Source: the human T2T-CHM13v2.0 reference genome, Homo sapiens. From it: 64,000 bases of DNA. The stretch lies in assembly GCF_009914755.1 (NCBI RefSeq), contig NC_060947.1; one strand, 5' to 3'. The notes under the pieces are model-generated. The model worked only from the letters and a program-made list of their open reading frames with translations, did no database searches and was not told the DNA's origin. Below are positions 12,820 to 28,227 of this stretch, in pieces. How positions within the stretch are numbered: the first letter of the stretch is position 1; each line of letters starts with the position of its first letter. A program made the position numbers and the translations under genes.

Positions 12820-14974
12820 CCCTACATTCTTTATACTACTCTTTCCATGGAATATTCCGGGGTAAGATTCAACTAGTACTGTCAAAAGTTTTTAAAATTA
12901 TGAGACTTTTCTATATTAAATGAATAAAAAATTTGCCCCTTAAATGGCATATAAAAAGTGTAAACATTTTTTAAAAATATGGTCTTTAAAATAGAATAGA
13001 TACTTGGTAAATAATAATCTGAAATCATCTCGGTAAAAACTCTAAAATAATATTGTATACTACAAATTTTTTTCTGTGCCATAAAAGAAGATTTTCATTA
13101 AAAAGCTGATGTTGAAAGGGCTGATATGTCATACTTTGTCAATTATGCCAAAAAATGAACCTTTTCTTATTTTCATGAATTGTGCAGACCTCAGTTTGCA
13201 GGAACATTTGCCACTAGATGGGACCTTATATCTGTGGTAATAATCTAGCAGCCAACTTCTTTTCATCCAGTTTTTATAGGACTCAGGAACACAAACCTTC
13301 TTAAGAAAAGTAAGTCTTTATTGACAAAATAAAACTTTATAACTTACGCAACTAGCCAGCTGGGTCATTGTAGGATTATTTCCTCACTGTTTCTCAGTAG
13401 ATGATCGAAAACATAACATTTAGGGCAATTTCCTTGAATCAAACGATGTCCTACACTAAAAAAGCAGCAATGTGCCTTTCTAATACTCTCAAGCAAGACC
13501 TCTGCTTTTCCTTTAGTGATACAATGGCAAGCTTGGTTAAAACATTCTCTAGAATTTATCTGCCTAAGCATGCCTGTGACCTCTTCTAGTTGCCTTGGAA
13601 GCACTGCAGTTTTCTCTGAAACCAGATGTATCAAGATTTTTTTTTCTAATATCATGATTTCTTATGCTATAAAGAGAAGGTGTGTGGATGGCAAGCGAAT
13701 TTTGCTGTTTGTTAACCAAACTACCCTGAGGCAATATAGAGTAGGAATTAAGAATTCGGCTTCTGGCAATAATGGTGGACTAGAAAATGTAAAAAGTTTT
13801 AGCCTACAAAAAAAAAAAAAAACATGTAAAAATACTGGATAAACATTGCATGTGTCCTTTTAAATGAAAAATTGAGCTCACAATATGTGGAAACAAAAGC
13901 AAAAACAAAACAGGAGTCAAAACCAAGGTGGGAATTTTAAACCTGAGTGGCATGTTCAGGAGTCTATGTTGCAGCTTCTCTGCAAGTAGGTAACATAAAG
14001 ATATGGGTTTTAAGGCTAAGGTTGTCGAATTAGGAGGTGATGACTTTGGTCTTCATAAGGTAGGGTTTTGCAAATGAAACCCCCGTATGTTGCCAATATA
14101 TGGACCCCCAGAATGCTACACTTCCAAAAAGAATATACTGAAAGAAATCTGCCCACTCACACAAAGGGATAACAAAGAAGCCTGTCTGCCCTGGACTGGG
14201 CTCTGGGTGAAAACAATAGAAAATTGTTATTGAGAATTTATAATTATGGGCCTATATCAAGGATGGATTTAGAGTTGAGTGTATACTATCCATGTGTTCT
14301 AATGACTACCAGTAAGAGAAATTAACATTAATACAAAGGATTAGAGAGCCTGGCAGAGGCAAATGCAAATAAGATCACAACCTAAAGTTAAAAATTATAT
14401 AAGGAAATAATCCAACTGAAACAAAAGGTTCACCAAACTATAAGATTAGGTCCCTAAGAATTTCAGATAACACAGCTCTTGTTTAGAGACTGTAAAAAAT
14501 GCATACGTTTAAAATGGTTAAAGAAAGAATGAAAAGCATAAGAACAAAGCACTATTTTTAAAAAGAGATCATATAGACTTAAAAGAAAGTTGTCCTAAAA
14601 ATATATAGTATCAAAATGTGAAACTCAATGGAAAATAAAAGCTAAAGGGAAAGTTCAATAGCAAATGAGGCACAAATCAAGCAAGAATTCATGAACTTGA
14701 ATGTGTATCTGAGGAAATTACCCAGAATACAGCACAGAGATATAAAGAGATGACAAATCTAAAAGAAATGTTAAGGGTCATGGAGGATAGAATGAAATGA
14801 TATGATATGGATCTAATAAACATTCTAGAAAAAGAAAATAAAGAAAATGGGAAGAAATAATGATGATGGAGAATATTCTAAGACTGATTTAAAAATCTGA
14901 GAATCTGAAAAAATTTTCAGATTCAGGAAGCATGACCCGTCAGTAGGAAAAAGGAAAATTCATAGTTAGATTAT

Positions 14975-15408
14975 CTAAGGCAGCTATGAAAATGCACCTC
15001 CCAATCTATTTATGTGCATAATTGAATGATAGCCCCAGCTCCTGACCTTCTGAATGTAGTACTGGATTCATGCTGAGTCCACACTTCTTATGGGCTACTT
15101 CCAGCCAATGACTGTACTAATACAGGCCATTCCTACAAGATGGAGGACCCCTATAATGGGTAACTTTGGTTCAAGGGGTCTCCATCAGCCTGGCCAAAAC
15201 TTTCTTGGATCTGCATTGTAGTCTGAAACTCTTCCTACTTAATATTCCCTCTTATCTCCCTCTTCACAGGTCAGACCCTGCATCATTCTAAAGGTTCTCC
15301 CTCCCTTCTCCTGCTCCCTCTCCATTATCCTTCAAAGGATCCTCCAAAACACTCTAGCACATCTTATTCCATCTTGGCAGCTGCTTCTTGGATGATATGA
15401 ACTAACAC
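14975..15408 (+). mobile_element. LTR16A-like ERVL solo LTR
   Basis: 'ccagccaatgactg...ctccatcagcctggccaaaactttctt...tccatcttggcagctgcttcttgga...gaactaacaca'. Confidence 0.7.
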
Positions 15409-15515
15409 AGCACCATACATAAAGATATAATAGAACAACTAGATAGAACAGACAGATTAGCTACAATGAAGCTATAATTAGTTAGAATAACAACAGATTA
15501 CTTAATGGCACCATA

Positions 15516-16435
<920 letters not shown>

Positions 16436-18200
16436 AGGAATAAATCTGTTAGTTCATGAAGTAATATTTTCAAAATGCTTAGAGAAAACAACTGTCAGTA
16501 TTGCATTCCTTATCTAGAGAATTTCTTAGTCAAGACTGAGGGTAAAATGAAGACAACTTCCTACAAAGAAGGAGACTTTACCACTACAGACCCTTGCTGA
16601 AAGAATTATGAGAGGATGTACTTCAGGAAGCATAAAACTGAACCCAGAAGAAAGGCATGAGCTGCAAGAAAAAATGGTAATGTAAGTGGTAAACATGTGG
16701 GTAAATCTAAATAAGCATTGAATGTGGAAAATATTATAATAAATAATTTTGGGGTGTTAAGAAGAAGTATAATCAGAATACTGGATGATAATTACATGTA
16801 AATGAAGGGATAATGATCAAAATTAAAACAATTTAATTTCCATCTGTTGTTTAGGAAAAGGGTAGAGATACTGATTTAATTTTAGACTTTAAGACAAGTA
16901 AGAATGAAAACAATGAAAGGTATCTACAAAAGTAATAAACCTTTTCGATGAATATCGATTGAAAAGCATACCAAAAATATTTATCTGTTTATGTGCAAAG
17001 TTTAAAGTTTTACAAAATTTTATGAGTAAATATTAAATAACATTTTCAGTATGTCATAAATATTTCATAACAGGAAAATAAAGGCCAAAAGAAGTGGGAG
17101 ATAGCAAAAAAGCATAATAAACTTGTCTGGACATGTTGGAAATTAGATGGGCTGGACACACAAATATTCCTTTTTTGTGAGTAGCCTTCCTGAATCACTT
17201 TCAGTGATAGTCTGCTAATTGAAAATGCAGAGCTCTTCTTCACAGAGGAGACAGACATAAAGAAGAGAGGGATCCAAGCAAGCAGAACTTTTAAATTTAG
17301 TTTTATTATTTTATTTTTTTTAATTCCAAGCAAGCAGAACTTTAACACTCATCCACTCTAGCTTCATCAACATCTTCATTTATTTTTGGTTTTTGTATCT
17401 TGGGTTTCCGCTTAAAATATTGCTTTAAGAAAGGGTTCTGCAAATTAATTCTAAGCAGTCATCCTCCTTCTCATGTTTCCTCCCAGTATTCCTGACATTA
17501 AACTCCTGAATCTAAAATAAAAGTTGGAATTATTTAAAAATAAGTAAAATAAAATTAAATAAAACTCCTGTATACTAATACTAACTTTCTGCTTACTGCT
17601 CTTAACCTCTGAAGGTCACAATGCCACCTTCTGTTAGCTTGAGATCAGTGTTAGTATTCCTTTTTTGAAAAAAACGCCACTTAGTAATCCTATGTCTGAA
17701 TTCTGATTGTATTCAATGTAGTTATATAAACTTAACAGGAAGGAATGAGTCCCTTCTGACAAACTGTTGTTTCACTTATGGTCCTTATAGCCCTGAGTTT
17801 TGTCTTTGGAGTACTTTGTCAAGTATTCAAGGGTTCTACTGAAAAGTTAGTACTCAGCTTACCATTGGCCTTTTTGACTTTGAAGAATTGGTAAAGTCAC
17901 CACTCATCATTTTCCCCAAATGTAAGAGTCTCTTCCATTATTCAGTCTAGTATAAATTCATTTTTCATTCTCTGAATTTTATTCAATTCCATTTTATGTA
18001 TTTTGATGTGCAGTGACTGGAAGAGTTTAGGTGCAGTAGAATTGTGCAACAAGGAAGAAAGAAGTATTCTATTTAATTGCCAATACCTTTCCTGATGATA
18101 ATTAACATTTAAAGTGTGGAATATCCTTCCTTGTATTGATAAATTTGCTCACACAAACATATATAATATTTTATTTGCCATTTCAAATAATTTAATATTG

Positions 18201-18424
18201 CAAAGGTCAGCAAACCTTTTCTGTGAAGGACTGGACAGTAAATACTTTAGGCTTTGCAGGTCATATAGTCTCTGTGGCTAGTATTCAACTCTACCAGTTT
18301 AGCACCAAAGCAGCCACAGACAATGTGTAAATGAATGAACACAGCTATTTTCCAATAAAACTTGATTTTCAAAAACAGTCGATAGGCCAGATTTGGCCCA
18401 CAGGCCATAGTTTGCTGACCCCTC
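18201..18424 (-). mobile_element. MER58A hAT-Charlie MITE
   Basis: TIRs 'caaaggtcagcaaac' and 'gtttgctgacccct'; internal 'aaagcagccacagacaat...ccaataaaactt...gatttggcccacaggcc'. Confidence 0.85.
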
Positions 18425-18522
18425 TTGTACTGTCTTGGTTTTCATTATCCAGTGGATTCGTTTCAGGAAACAGAGTTCACTACCAGGATATTTAATTGTT
18501 CTCTTAAATTGCAAACTACTTT

Positions 18523-18877
18523 TGTTCCAGTAGGGACAGTTAAATGCCTAGGCAGATAAAACGGGGTCCCTGGAGAATCTGCAACTGGCCTGCGCACTGG
18601 GAGGACGAGGTGGAGCCCCGGGAAGTTTGCGTTGTTTGCAGGTGGGAGGAGCCTGGACTCCTCAGTTTTTATGTGGTGACCTGGGATTCAATCTGTGAGG
18701 CAGAGGGCTTGTTAGCAGGACTCCATCTCACTTTGCTGAGTTTTCTTCCTTTTTATCCTTTTCGCTCAGTAAAGTCCTGCTCCCCTCACCCTTCAATGTG
18801 TCCGCATGCCTAAACTTTCCTGGTCATGTGACAAGAATCTGGGTTTTAGCTGAACTAAGGAGCAAAGCTCTACAACA
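18523..18877 (+). mobile_element. MER61-family ERV1 solo LTR (shorter 5' variant)
   Basis: From 'cctgcgcactgggagg' to 'ttttagctgaactaaggagcaaag...acaaca' it aligns by eye to ~437-704; 5' boundary uncertain. Confidence 0.75.
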
Positions 18878-20129
18878 CAATGAGTGGAATTTTAGTGCAA
18901 AAATTTGCTTTTGAGGACTGAAATAAAATAATGTTGCTTTGGTTTTTCAATATTCTAAAGGTATGTCAGCTTAATAGTCAAGGGAATGCATTTATATTTC
19001 TAGTATATTTTAAGCCATAAAAAGTAAAAGAAGGAATTTCATCTGTCAATGTGAGTAAATCATATGCAACTCAATCACCTCAAGGAAGATTATTTACAAA
19101 TTTTACATTTTAATTCGTAGATAGCACCTAATCTGCCTATAATTTTGTTGACAGCTGAATTTCTGCTATTTTATCTGCCTACAGAGAAGCCCTTGAAATT
19201 GTAGAATCTGTATGGTTTACTGCTTTATTTGAACTTGATTTCTGAAGCATCTGTATAAAAATTTAAGTGAAAATTATATTTTTAATTAGCTGCCATTTAT
19301 ATTTAACCAAACAATTCATCTTTATTAAAAAATATGGATATCAGCAGGGTCATGGTATAATGTATGCTGATTACACACTGTACAAGAGTGCTCCATTTCA
19401 GAGTGTGCCATTCACATTGGAGATACTAGGGATCGTAGAGGATAATGAAAATCAACAGACTTATTAAAAGGTTTCTGGAATATAGCTGTAGAGAGTCTTA
19501 TTCTAACAACTAGTATTTTACAGTAAGTTTCTGATGGCAGTAAAGTGTCTTGAGGGAAGGCTGTCATTCAATAATTGTGGGCATAGGTTATAGCCTACCT
19601 CTTTGACAATACTGCAGAAAAGTTAGGAAATCATGAAAAGTTTATACTGCCCTCCTCAAAGACGATTCATTTCTCATGCTTCTTTACAGAGGGGTAGTTC
19701 AGTAGGCATAGTGCACGATTTTCTTATAAGTCCCGATTGCAGTGCTTTTTACCATACATTTAATAGAATAAGCATTTAGATCATACAAGGATCTACCAGG
19801 AACTATGCAGTGCTTTCTTAGAAATCTTGCTTTTCTTTTAATGTCATGTTTTAAGTTCCCCTAGCACTTGTAAACGTATGCCACTGAGGGAATGGTTTTC
19901 AAATTGTATTTCATGAGCACGTCTTAGGGACTAGGATGGGGCCTGAAGCTTTGAGTATCTCACCTTTACTTTTACCCATTATATACTTTGAGGTCACATA
20001 TAGGATCTTTGTGCAAATGGGAAAAGTTTTAAAACTGTTATATGCAGAGGGCAGTTCCAAATACACTTTTTCCCCTGGAAGTTGACTCTAACTGAAAGAT
20101 GCCAACAACAATATTTGTGGCAGTAGCAA

Positions 20130-20340
20130 TTCCCACTCTTTAAACACCTCATACATGGTAATTCCCACCATATAATCTCTAATTCTCACAAATATCCTGC
20201 AAGGGGTAGTTGATACTATTCTCATTTTACAGATGAAGAAAGCAAGGCTCAGAACATTTAAGTAACTTGCTTAAGGCCACCCAGTTAGTAAGTGGCAAAT
20301 TGGGAACTAACCTTAAGTCTGTCTGACCTCAAATATTCAC
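20130..20340 (-). mobile_element. MIR SINE
   Basis: 'ctattctcattttacagatgaagaaagcaaggctcagaacatttaagtaacttgcttaaggccac'. Confidence 0.75.
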
Positions 20341-21984
20341 AATCCCATACTTTTATTTTAATATAAGTTATTTATTAGCAGGAAAACACAAAAGAGGTTT
20401 TAGATACCCCCCATTTTAAGAGGATCATTCTTCCCAGTATAGATTAGGGATTAGGCTCATGGAAAATTAAACCACAAGGTCTAAATTACAATATACTTAT
20501 TTAGTGCATAAAAACACATATGAGGCTAGACAGAAAAATGCCAATGAAATAAAATTGCATTTTCAAACTCCTTGCCCAAGCACTCATTTCTCAACTTATT
20601 ATCTTATTCTGAAATATCTCCGGTTAAAATTACAACCCTTCAAGGACCAAAGCGTGCTTATACACTTCAAACAGTAAATTTCACTAAGAAAATATGGTTG
20701 TTAGCTTTTAAGAAATATAGTTCTGCTAGAGTAAGAGAAATTCATACCATTGGTGATTCACATCACATAAAACTTTATTTGTTGCCTCAATCTGATTTTG
20801 AATTCAAGATGGTGTTTGGTGATACTATTATTTCAGTTAGGCATCTCTCTTTGAGCAGAAATTGGGACTTTAGATGGCTTATATCAGTGATGGTTTGCAA
20901 CTGTGATTTAAAACAACCAAATATACCTGCAAATGACTTTGTAGCCTCAGGAGAATGTAAAGTGAGGTCACCAGCAGGGACAAGCAGAGCCTTCAGTCAC
21001 TGATGGAAAAATCATTATTTCACTACCTCTGTTAATTAGTTAGATGTCTGAAGTTGAAGAGAAGTGTACTAGATACACTCGCCAGGACTACAAGAAGGCA
21101 TATAGGAATAGAATCCATTATTTTCTGAGCATCTCAAAAGGGACAAGTACTATGCACAAGGGTACAGATATTAACACGACTTGGTCCCTAAATTCAGGGA
21201 ACACTAGGTTCAGGGAACACTAGGCTTCATCTCTTGCCAACCCACTTTCCTTGTCATACCTTCATCTTTGCTGCTGCATTGGAAAGACCTTTCTTCTCTC
21301 TCTTTCATCTTTAGTTTGTGTGGTCACTTGTACTGTTATTCCAAGACAAGCTCAAGAGTTTCATGCTTAACAAAGATTTTTCTTGAACATTCCTTCCTTT
21401 GTGCCCCAACCGGACCATTCTATCATACCACTTGTTAAACATTATTGTACTGGTTGTTTACCTTTATGTTAACCTTACTGTCCCATATTACTTATTTCTA
21501 ATAAATCCCTCAAAAGTAAGGGTTATTTTTTGTTTGTCTCATTAAATAACTAATATTTTATTCAACAAATATTACTTGAGCCTTTTTATGAACCAGCAGT
21601 ACAGTTATCTAAGCACACCATACACTTAATACATGTTTGTTAAATGAAAGAATAAAATCCAACTTCCAAACTTACATCCTAATGATCCCATGCATTCTTA
21701 AACACAACTCTTCCACCAACCCCTCTAGCACTCGGATTCAGTTTGTGTTGAATTAACTCACATTTACTGATATACATAAAAGTTGTCAAGTTGTCATTTG
21801 GGTGTATTCTCTCTCCTCAGATAGATTAAAAACTCCTTGAGGGAAAGGGCCATATAAAATACTCTACTTTATTTTCCTATAGCTCTTGACAAAGGGCTCT
21901 GATCTATCAAACACTCAATTATTACCAGTCTAAGTAAGCAATCATTTTTTTTGGATGAGCATTATTATCATGATATAGAGTAAT

Positions 21985-23220
21985 CACCATTCATCTAGGC
22001 TATCAACCTATTGCTCAAGTCAACAAACTCTGGCCCCTGAATTCTCAGTCATCAAATCTGGTCTCCAAAATGTATCCCTGTCTTATCCCTGATGCAAGTG
22101 GCTCCTTAAGCATTGCCTTTAGGACCTGACTATCTCTCACTTGCACTATGAAAACAGCCTCTTATCTGCTCTCCTGCTTTTAGTATCTCCTCCTACAATC
22201 CATCACTGACACTGCAACCAGGGTGGGCTTTCTAAAAACTAAATCTGACTATTTGTGACAGAGACCACCAAGTTGTTCACTACATTCCTCTCCTCTTCTT
22301 CCAAGGAAGAAGTTAGACCTCATTTCCCAGGCTTTCTTGCAGATAACTGTATACATATGACTGAGTTTAGAAAATAGAAGTGTTGAGTACCATTTCCAGG
22401 TCTGGTCAATAAAATCTTCCACTCATGATCTTTGCTCTCCTCCTTTCCTCTAGCTTGATGTAGACAAACATGGCAACTTTTCAAGCCATGTGTTAAAGAC
22501 AGTGGCGCTACAAGGATGGAAAGAGCCTGTGCCCTAAGTCAAGCCCAGGAGAACAGCCTACTAATCAGGAATTCTCCAGTTGCATTTTAGGTGAATGAGA
22601 AACAAACTACTATTTTTGAGCCATTGTACAATTTTAGGTTAGTTTGTAACAGAAGCTAGCATTGTCTTATACACCATACACTGTGCTATTTCTCTGGGCA
22701 AGATCCTTAATTCACTGGCTATCATATTGTAGGCAAATTTCTTGGAACAACACCTATAAGGCCCTTATAAATCCAAATGTGACTCACTCTATAGTCTCAT
22801 TCTACTTTTAATCCTTGACTCTTACCCCCCTCCCATGACCATATATACCATACCCTATGCTTCAACCAAAATGACTTACTTGGTATTACCAGAAAAATAA
22901 ATACTTTCATGCCTACATATACACTGTTCTTTCATCTTGGAATACATCCCCTTCCTTCAGTCTCATACCTGAAATTTCTTTTTATCATTCATGGACCAAT
23001 TCACCTCATCATCTCTCATACATCTCTGATTCTCTTTGTCAGAATCAATTGTCCTCCCATTGCCACTCCCATAACACATTTAAAAAAATCTATGTCATAG
23101 CATTAACTACATTTTAAAAGCTAGATTGTCATCACCTTGAAGACCGATATTGCATCCTATTCATCCTTATAACCTCCGAGACTCTTATACACAGCAGATA
23201 CTAAAAAATGTAGGTCAAAC
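21985..23220 (+). mobile_element. L2 fragments interrupted by an MLT1J-like LTR
   Basis: Pyrimidine-rich L2 3' region 'tctctcacttgcactatg...cagcctctt...caatccat...cactgcaaccagg...tttctaaaa...aaatctgac'. Confidence 0.55.
22254..22672 (+). mobile_element. MLT1J-like MaLR solo LTR
   Basis: 'tgtgacagagac...catttcccaggctttcttgcag...catatgactgagtt...gtgaatgagaaacaaact...tttgtaacagaagctagcatt'. Confidence 0.65.
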
Positions 23221-23929
23221 TGATATTACTCATTTATTTAACAGTTTAAACTTTTTGAAGTATTTTTCATATACATTATTTCATTTTTAGTTTCACAATG
23301 ATTGTATGGATTTAATTGACTTGACTTAAATAAGGAAAAACAGTTAATTGTAGAGTGCAGTCTGACAATATTCTGACATTGGGCATGGTTATGGTTTAGC
23401 CACCTGAAGGAGAAGGAAAAGAAAATTAGTTGGGTAAAGCTACCTAACCAGAAAAGTTCGTTCATAAAAATGATAATGCAAATTTCTCTATGATATGAGT
23501 GTACTCAGTCTGCAAGTTTGTGTATGTGTGTGAAAGTTGTACTAGTAGTAGCAAATTTATGTTAGATAATTTAAGATTTAAGATGATTTGGAAAGATACC
23601 TATGATATATTGTGAGTGTGAGAAAAGCATATTGCAGAAAGATGATATATAGTAAAGTTTGACTTGTGTAAGAAATATCAGGAAGAATACTCATCTCTCA
23701 GAGTAGAATAGTGGGAGAAATAGAACTTTTAAGTGTACATTACATAATTCTGTACTATTTATTTCATGATCTAGTTATTATATAAAAATTGCTTAGAACA
23801 ATCTAGCATATATTGTGTTATACACATACTCGTTATTTTTATGATAAGCATGTGTTATAATAATTTTTAAAAAGAACTCACTATAAAGAGCAGGAAGTAA
23901 TGTCGAATAAGTGGTGAGAAGGGTATAGT

Positions 23930-24805
23930 TTAGTAAGCTTCTATCATAATCTATCTTTCTGCAGGTGATAATCACTAGACAAAATTCAATAAAAAAATCG
24001 ATGACCTTTAGGAACTGGAGAGTGAACAAAAGAAGCAGATTATGGTGGGGAATCAACACTTGGAAGAAGGGAAGGCATGGGTTAATTTCCAGTTTTTATT
24101 TATTTATTTTTTATTTTTTTAAACCAGAAGGTAGGAAACAATGAGGCAGCACAGGGTGGCAGAAATCTTGACAGAAAACTCTCAGTATCTCTCACATAAA
24201 AAAATAGGGAACAGAGTTTAGGCAACCACAACCACTGGAAAGTCAAGGGGGCATCCCCCAAAAAAGATAAGAGAGAGAATGCACCCCATATTCTGTATAT
24301 AAACTCTGCCCAAATCTCTCCCTGACCTGGAATCATGCATGTGTGAGGCTGACTGCAACTGAGAATGAAGAAACTCAACTGAGATTTGAGCTGCAGCTCA
24401 AGAAACAGAATTTGTCATTGGAGTCCAAAAAATTTAATTGCCTTCTACATGAAGAGAAAAAAATTAAAACTATTTAGAATAATAATAGAACAGAATCTAC
24501 AGTCTCCACAAAATAACAATCACAATGTCCAAAATACAGTCCAAAATTATTTAAAATATGAAAAACAGAAAAATGTGACTCATTCTCAAGAGAAAAGACA
24601 ACCTATAGAGAATAACTCCAAGAAAACCAGATATTGGAATTAGCAGACCAGGGTTTTAAAGTAGATACTATAACTGTGCTCAGGATATGAAGGAAAATAG
24701 GCCCACAGTAAACAGAAAGAAAGGAAATCTCATCAGAGAAATAGAAAACAAAAAAGAGAATGGAAATTCTAAGGTGAAAAATCACAGTATTTGAAATAAA
24801 AAGTG
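23930..24805 (+). mobile_element. Old L1M (MC/MD-like) 5'/ORF1 fragment
   Basis: 'gaaaaatgtgactcattctcaagagaaaagaca...cagatattggaattagcagac...ggaaatctcatcagagaaatagaaa...atggaaattcta'. Confidence 0.6.
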
Positions 24806-27800
24806 AGGAAAGACAAGTCATTCATGATCATGCCTAAGTCTCATTAGTCTCTTCATATACAGCAGCCAATTTTTAGATATTTGCTTAGCTCACCTTCCCT
24901 TTCTCTGAAAACTGCCCACTATCCACAGAGATAAGGCTCCTGTGGCAGTTATATGATTCTTCCTCTAATATTCTGAGAGTCAAATACTCTGGCAGCTGGC
25001 CCCTGATCCAAGTTTTACTAATAAGATGATCTCTCCTGGGATTTTAAAGTTGGGACAGAATATTAGTTAGTCAGGTTTTAAAATTTGAGATATTATGTCC
25101 ATTCATGATCAGAAGTATGGCCCTTTCTGGTCACATACAGAGGGAAGGAGAGTTCATCTGCAGAGAGAATAAAACAAACACACAAGAGGAATACATGAAA
25201 AAATTGAGGGTGTGGGAGTTACTGATTTCTTTCCAATTCCTAGTCCAGTCCCTCAATTAGGCCTTATAGTGATTTCTGTCCTTGGGTTCTGAGATACTCC
25301 TATATTCTAATAATAAATTGAATTTCTCACTTTTTTGTTTACATTTCTGTTATATACCATCAAAAGAATCTCAATTACATGGCAATGTATATTTCTATTC
25401 TTTGGCTAGTCACCTATTGAGGAAGCGTTGGATACAGCAATGGTTTGAGGCTATTGTAGGCAATATGGACATGAAAGTCCTCCCAAATTTAAAAGTAAAG
25501 ACCATTAATTGAGAATAAAATTAGGAATAAAATGTAATGAATGAGATTAGTTGTAGAAGGAGCCCATTCTAAGTAATAATCTGTAACTGAGTGGTCAAGT
25601 ATTTTAGGAACAGCCAGATGTGATTAAGCTGATATGGTAATAGTTACAGTAGTGGGAAGAAAGAATGTGCTATTAGAAACATGGGACATAGAAAAGGAGA
25701 ATCATAGAAAGAATTTATCATTGTTATCCTTACCCATGCTGTCTAGTTAAACGGGTCACCTTATTCAGGAATCTAAGTATCTGATGCTGGGCCAGGCATA
25801 TCCCATAATGGACTACTCAGAGTTTGGTCTTCCAACTAACTTCTTTTTTCTCTCATATCCATCCTTGTAAAGGAACCTTCTGGTTATCATTTGGTTTCCC
25901 ATGTAGCTTCCCAACAGGAAACAATACTTTGACCAAATACTTTGACCACTGACAAGAATATTTTGACTTGCTTTGAAGTTATATTTTATATTGTAAATGA
26001 ATCAGTTGACTGACTGGTTTTATACATCAGTCTCAATTTGGTTAAGGTAAGGCAGACCTTAGAGGTCAAATCACTTTAGATGCTGTAACAAGTGCTAAAC
26101 AGAATGGACTTGAAGTAACAGATAATGGAAAGGATAATACTTCCTCATGAGACCCGATTTGTCAGCCAGTCTCCTGGACAATGATTCTATCTTGTCATGC
26201 TGTGTAATAAATATTCAAAATGGTGACATTTCAAATTATTCACAAATATTGTACTTTGCTCAATAGTGTTTACTCTAATTTTGAATAATCCATGAATATT
26301 TGGAGCATCTTATAGTAGCTTCATATGGTGAATACATTTGCCTCAAGTAGCGTTTATATAGGGCCCATGTATTTACTATTAGTATAATAGGTCAATGTTG
26401 CTCCTGAATATAACAATAATCTACATATATACAATTTTTTGGAGAATTTCCAAGTAAAGCTAGAAAATATACATCGTAAGAATGTTAACTATAAAGCATA
26501 ATATATATTCACTATGATATTATCTTATTTGGAAGCAGGAAGATAATACTGCACTATATTCTCTATCTTAACCATGCTTTTTCAAATTGGGAAGCAGTTG
26601 ATATTTGTACAGGAAGACACGAATAAATAGGTATTTGCTTCTGCCATTCAGTTTTCAGATATATCTCTTGCATATCCATCATATGTGATCTGGCAAATGT
26701 ATTATTATATAAATAACTGGTGCTCTGTTAAATTATATTTTGACTACATGATTTAAAATAAACTTGTAGTAAATCGTTTCACAAAACAAAGAGTCTCCCT
26801 TTCATATAGACTACTCCCTCTAACACCTACTCACACGAATTTAGGTTTCTGGCATGCAGGAGGACTGCGTGGTCAACTTCAAAGGATTTAGTGGTCCATC
26901 AGTCAACATTTAAATTATTTTTTCAAACACTGATGAAATTCTTAAATGAACACTATCCACAAATTGAACATTTCTGGAAATAAACTGTATCCAAGTGAAA
27001 GGGCTTAATAGAACCATATATATGCAATTGTCACAAAGCAGGTTTGAAAAACCAATGGAGTCTTGCTGTTCCCATGCCTGAGTTTTAATATGGAAAACAA
27101 TATTATTATGGTTCAACAATTTGTTAGTTTTTTACTGAGCAACTGTTTATATGGACAAAGCTAGTAATTTCTGAATGCTTACCCTTCCCCTTCCTATCCA
27201 TGATAAGGCAAAAAGCAAGCCAGAAAGACAAAGCAAAGGAATGAACATGACCTAACAACTCAGTAAAAATATGTACTCATTCTTTAATATGTAATAATAA
27301 AAATATGTACTATTCTTTAAAAAATAATGTAACTCAATATAAATATATGACATCAAAATCTCAATTCAAAAGAGGTTAACAGTTCTGTACTCACGGGAGT
27401 CTTATACTTTCAGTATTCATGGAAACATTAGTAATTTCATTCAATACCCTGTTTTATCATTTAAATAAAAAATATTATTGCCCACTCAACACAACTCTCA
27501 AAGTATTATGCAACATTTCATTACAGTGCTAATTTTTAACCTTTTATGTACAAAAGCAGAGGCATATTAATTGGAACTGATTTGAGGTCATCAGCTATAG
27601 TACTGCTCAGTCATTGAAGTTAATATTCTGTGAAAATATCTGGAAAGTGTATTATTAATAACAATGTATCTCCAGACACATTTTGTGTATACTTTCACCA
27701 TATGGAATTAACTCACTTAAATGATTTTACAAACTTTGGGAAAGTTTACCCTCTTGTAAATCTTGCCTGGATGTTACTGGCTATACACAGAATTTGAAAT

Positions 27801-28227
27801 AAGTTTGATTTGGGCCCCTTTCCTTTTTCTTTAATCCTTTGATTTCAGGCCCTGCCTTTAGCAATACTCTTGATGTAGGTGATATCCATTGCTTATGGTA
27901 TCAGAATCCACCTCCATCAAAAAGATGTTGGAAAGTCACAAATTCTCAACAGGTTATCTCTTGTCCCTAGAGAGCATATTCAGATAACAGCATTGAAATT
28001 TGCCTGTTTGGGGAGAAAGGTATTCTGACAATGGTGTAAGCTTTTCTATTATTTTCTAAGATTAGACTAAAATATAAGCTCTTAATATTATCTTTACAAA
28101 TTTCCAATAAAAATATTTTAACTCCTCCAGTTCCCTAAAGGTGTGCTAAATTATTTACAATGCTTAAGAATGCTAGAGAACAATGAAATGAGATAGATTC
28201 TATAATATAGTATATGTGCTTCAGCAC

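Noticed and set aside
20572-21003. 143 aa ORF in apparently unique sequence
   Set aside because: TTG start, no recognisable domain, no convincing splice boundaries; one ORF of this length is plausible by chance in 64 kb
21193-21224. Exact 16 bp tandem duplication (similar ones at ~6581-6605, ~25923-25948, ~36333-36365, ~59022-59045)
   Set aside because: Ordinary slippage micro-duplications with no shared sequence or periodic spacing
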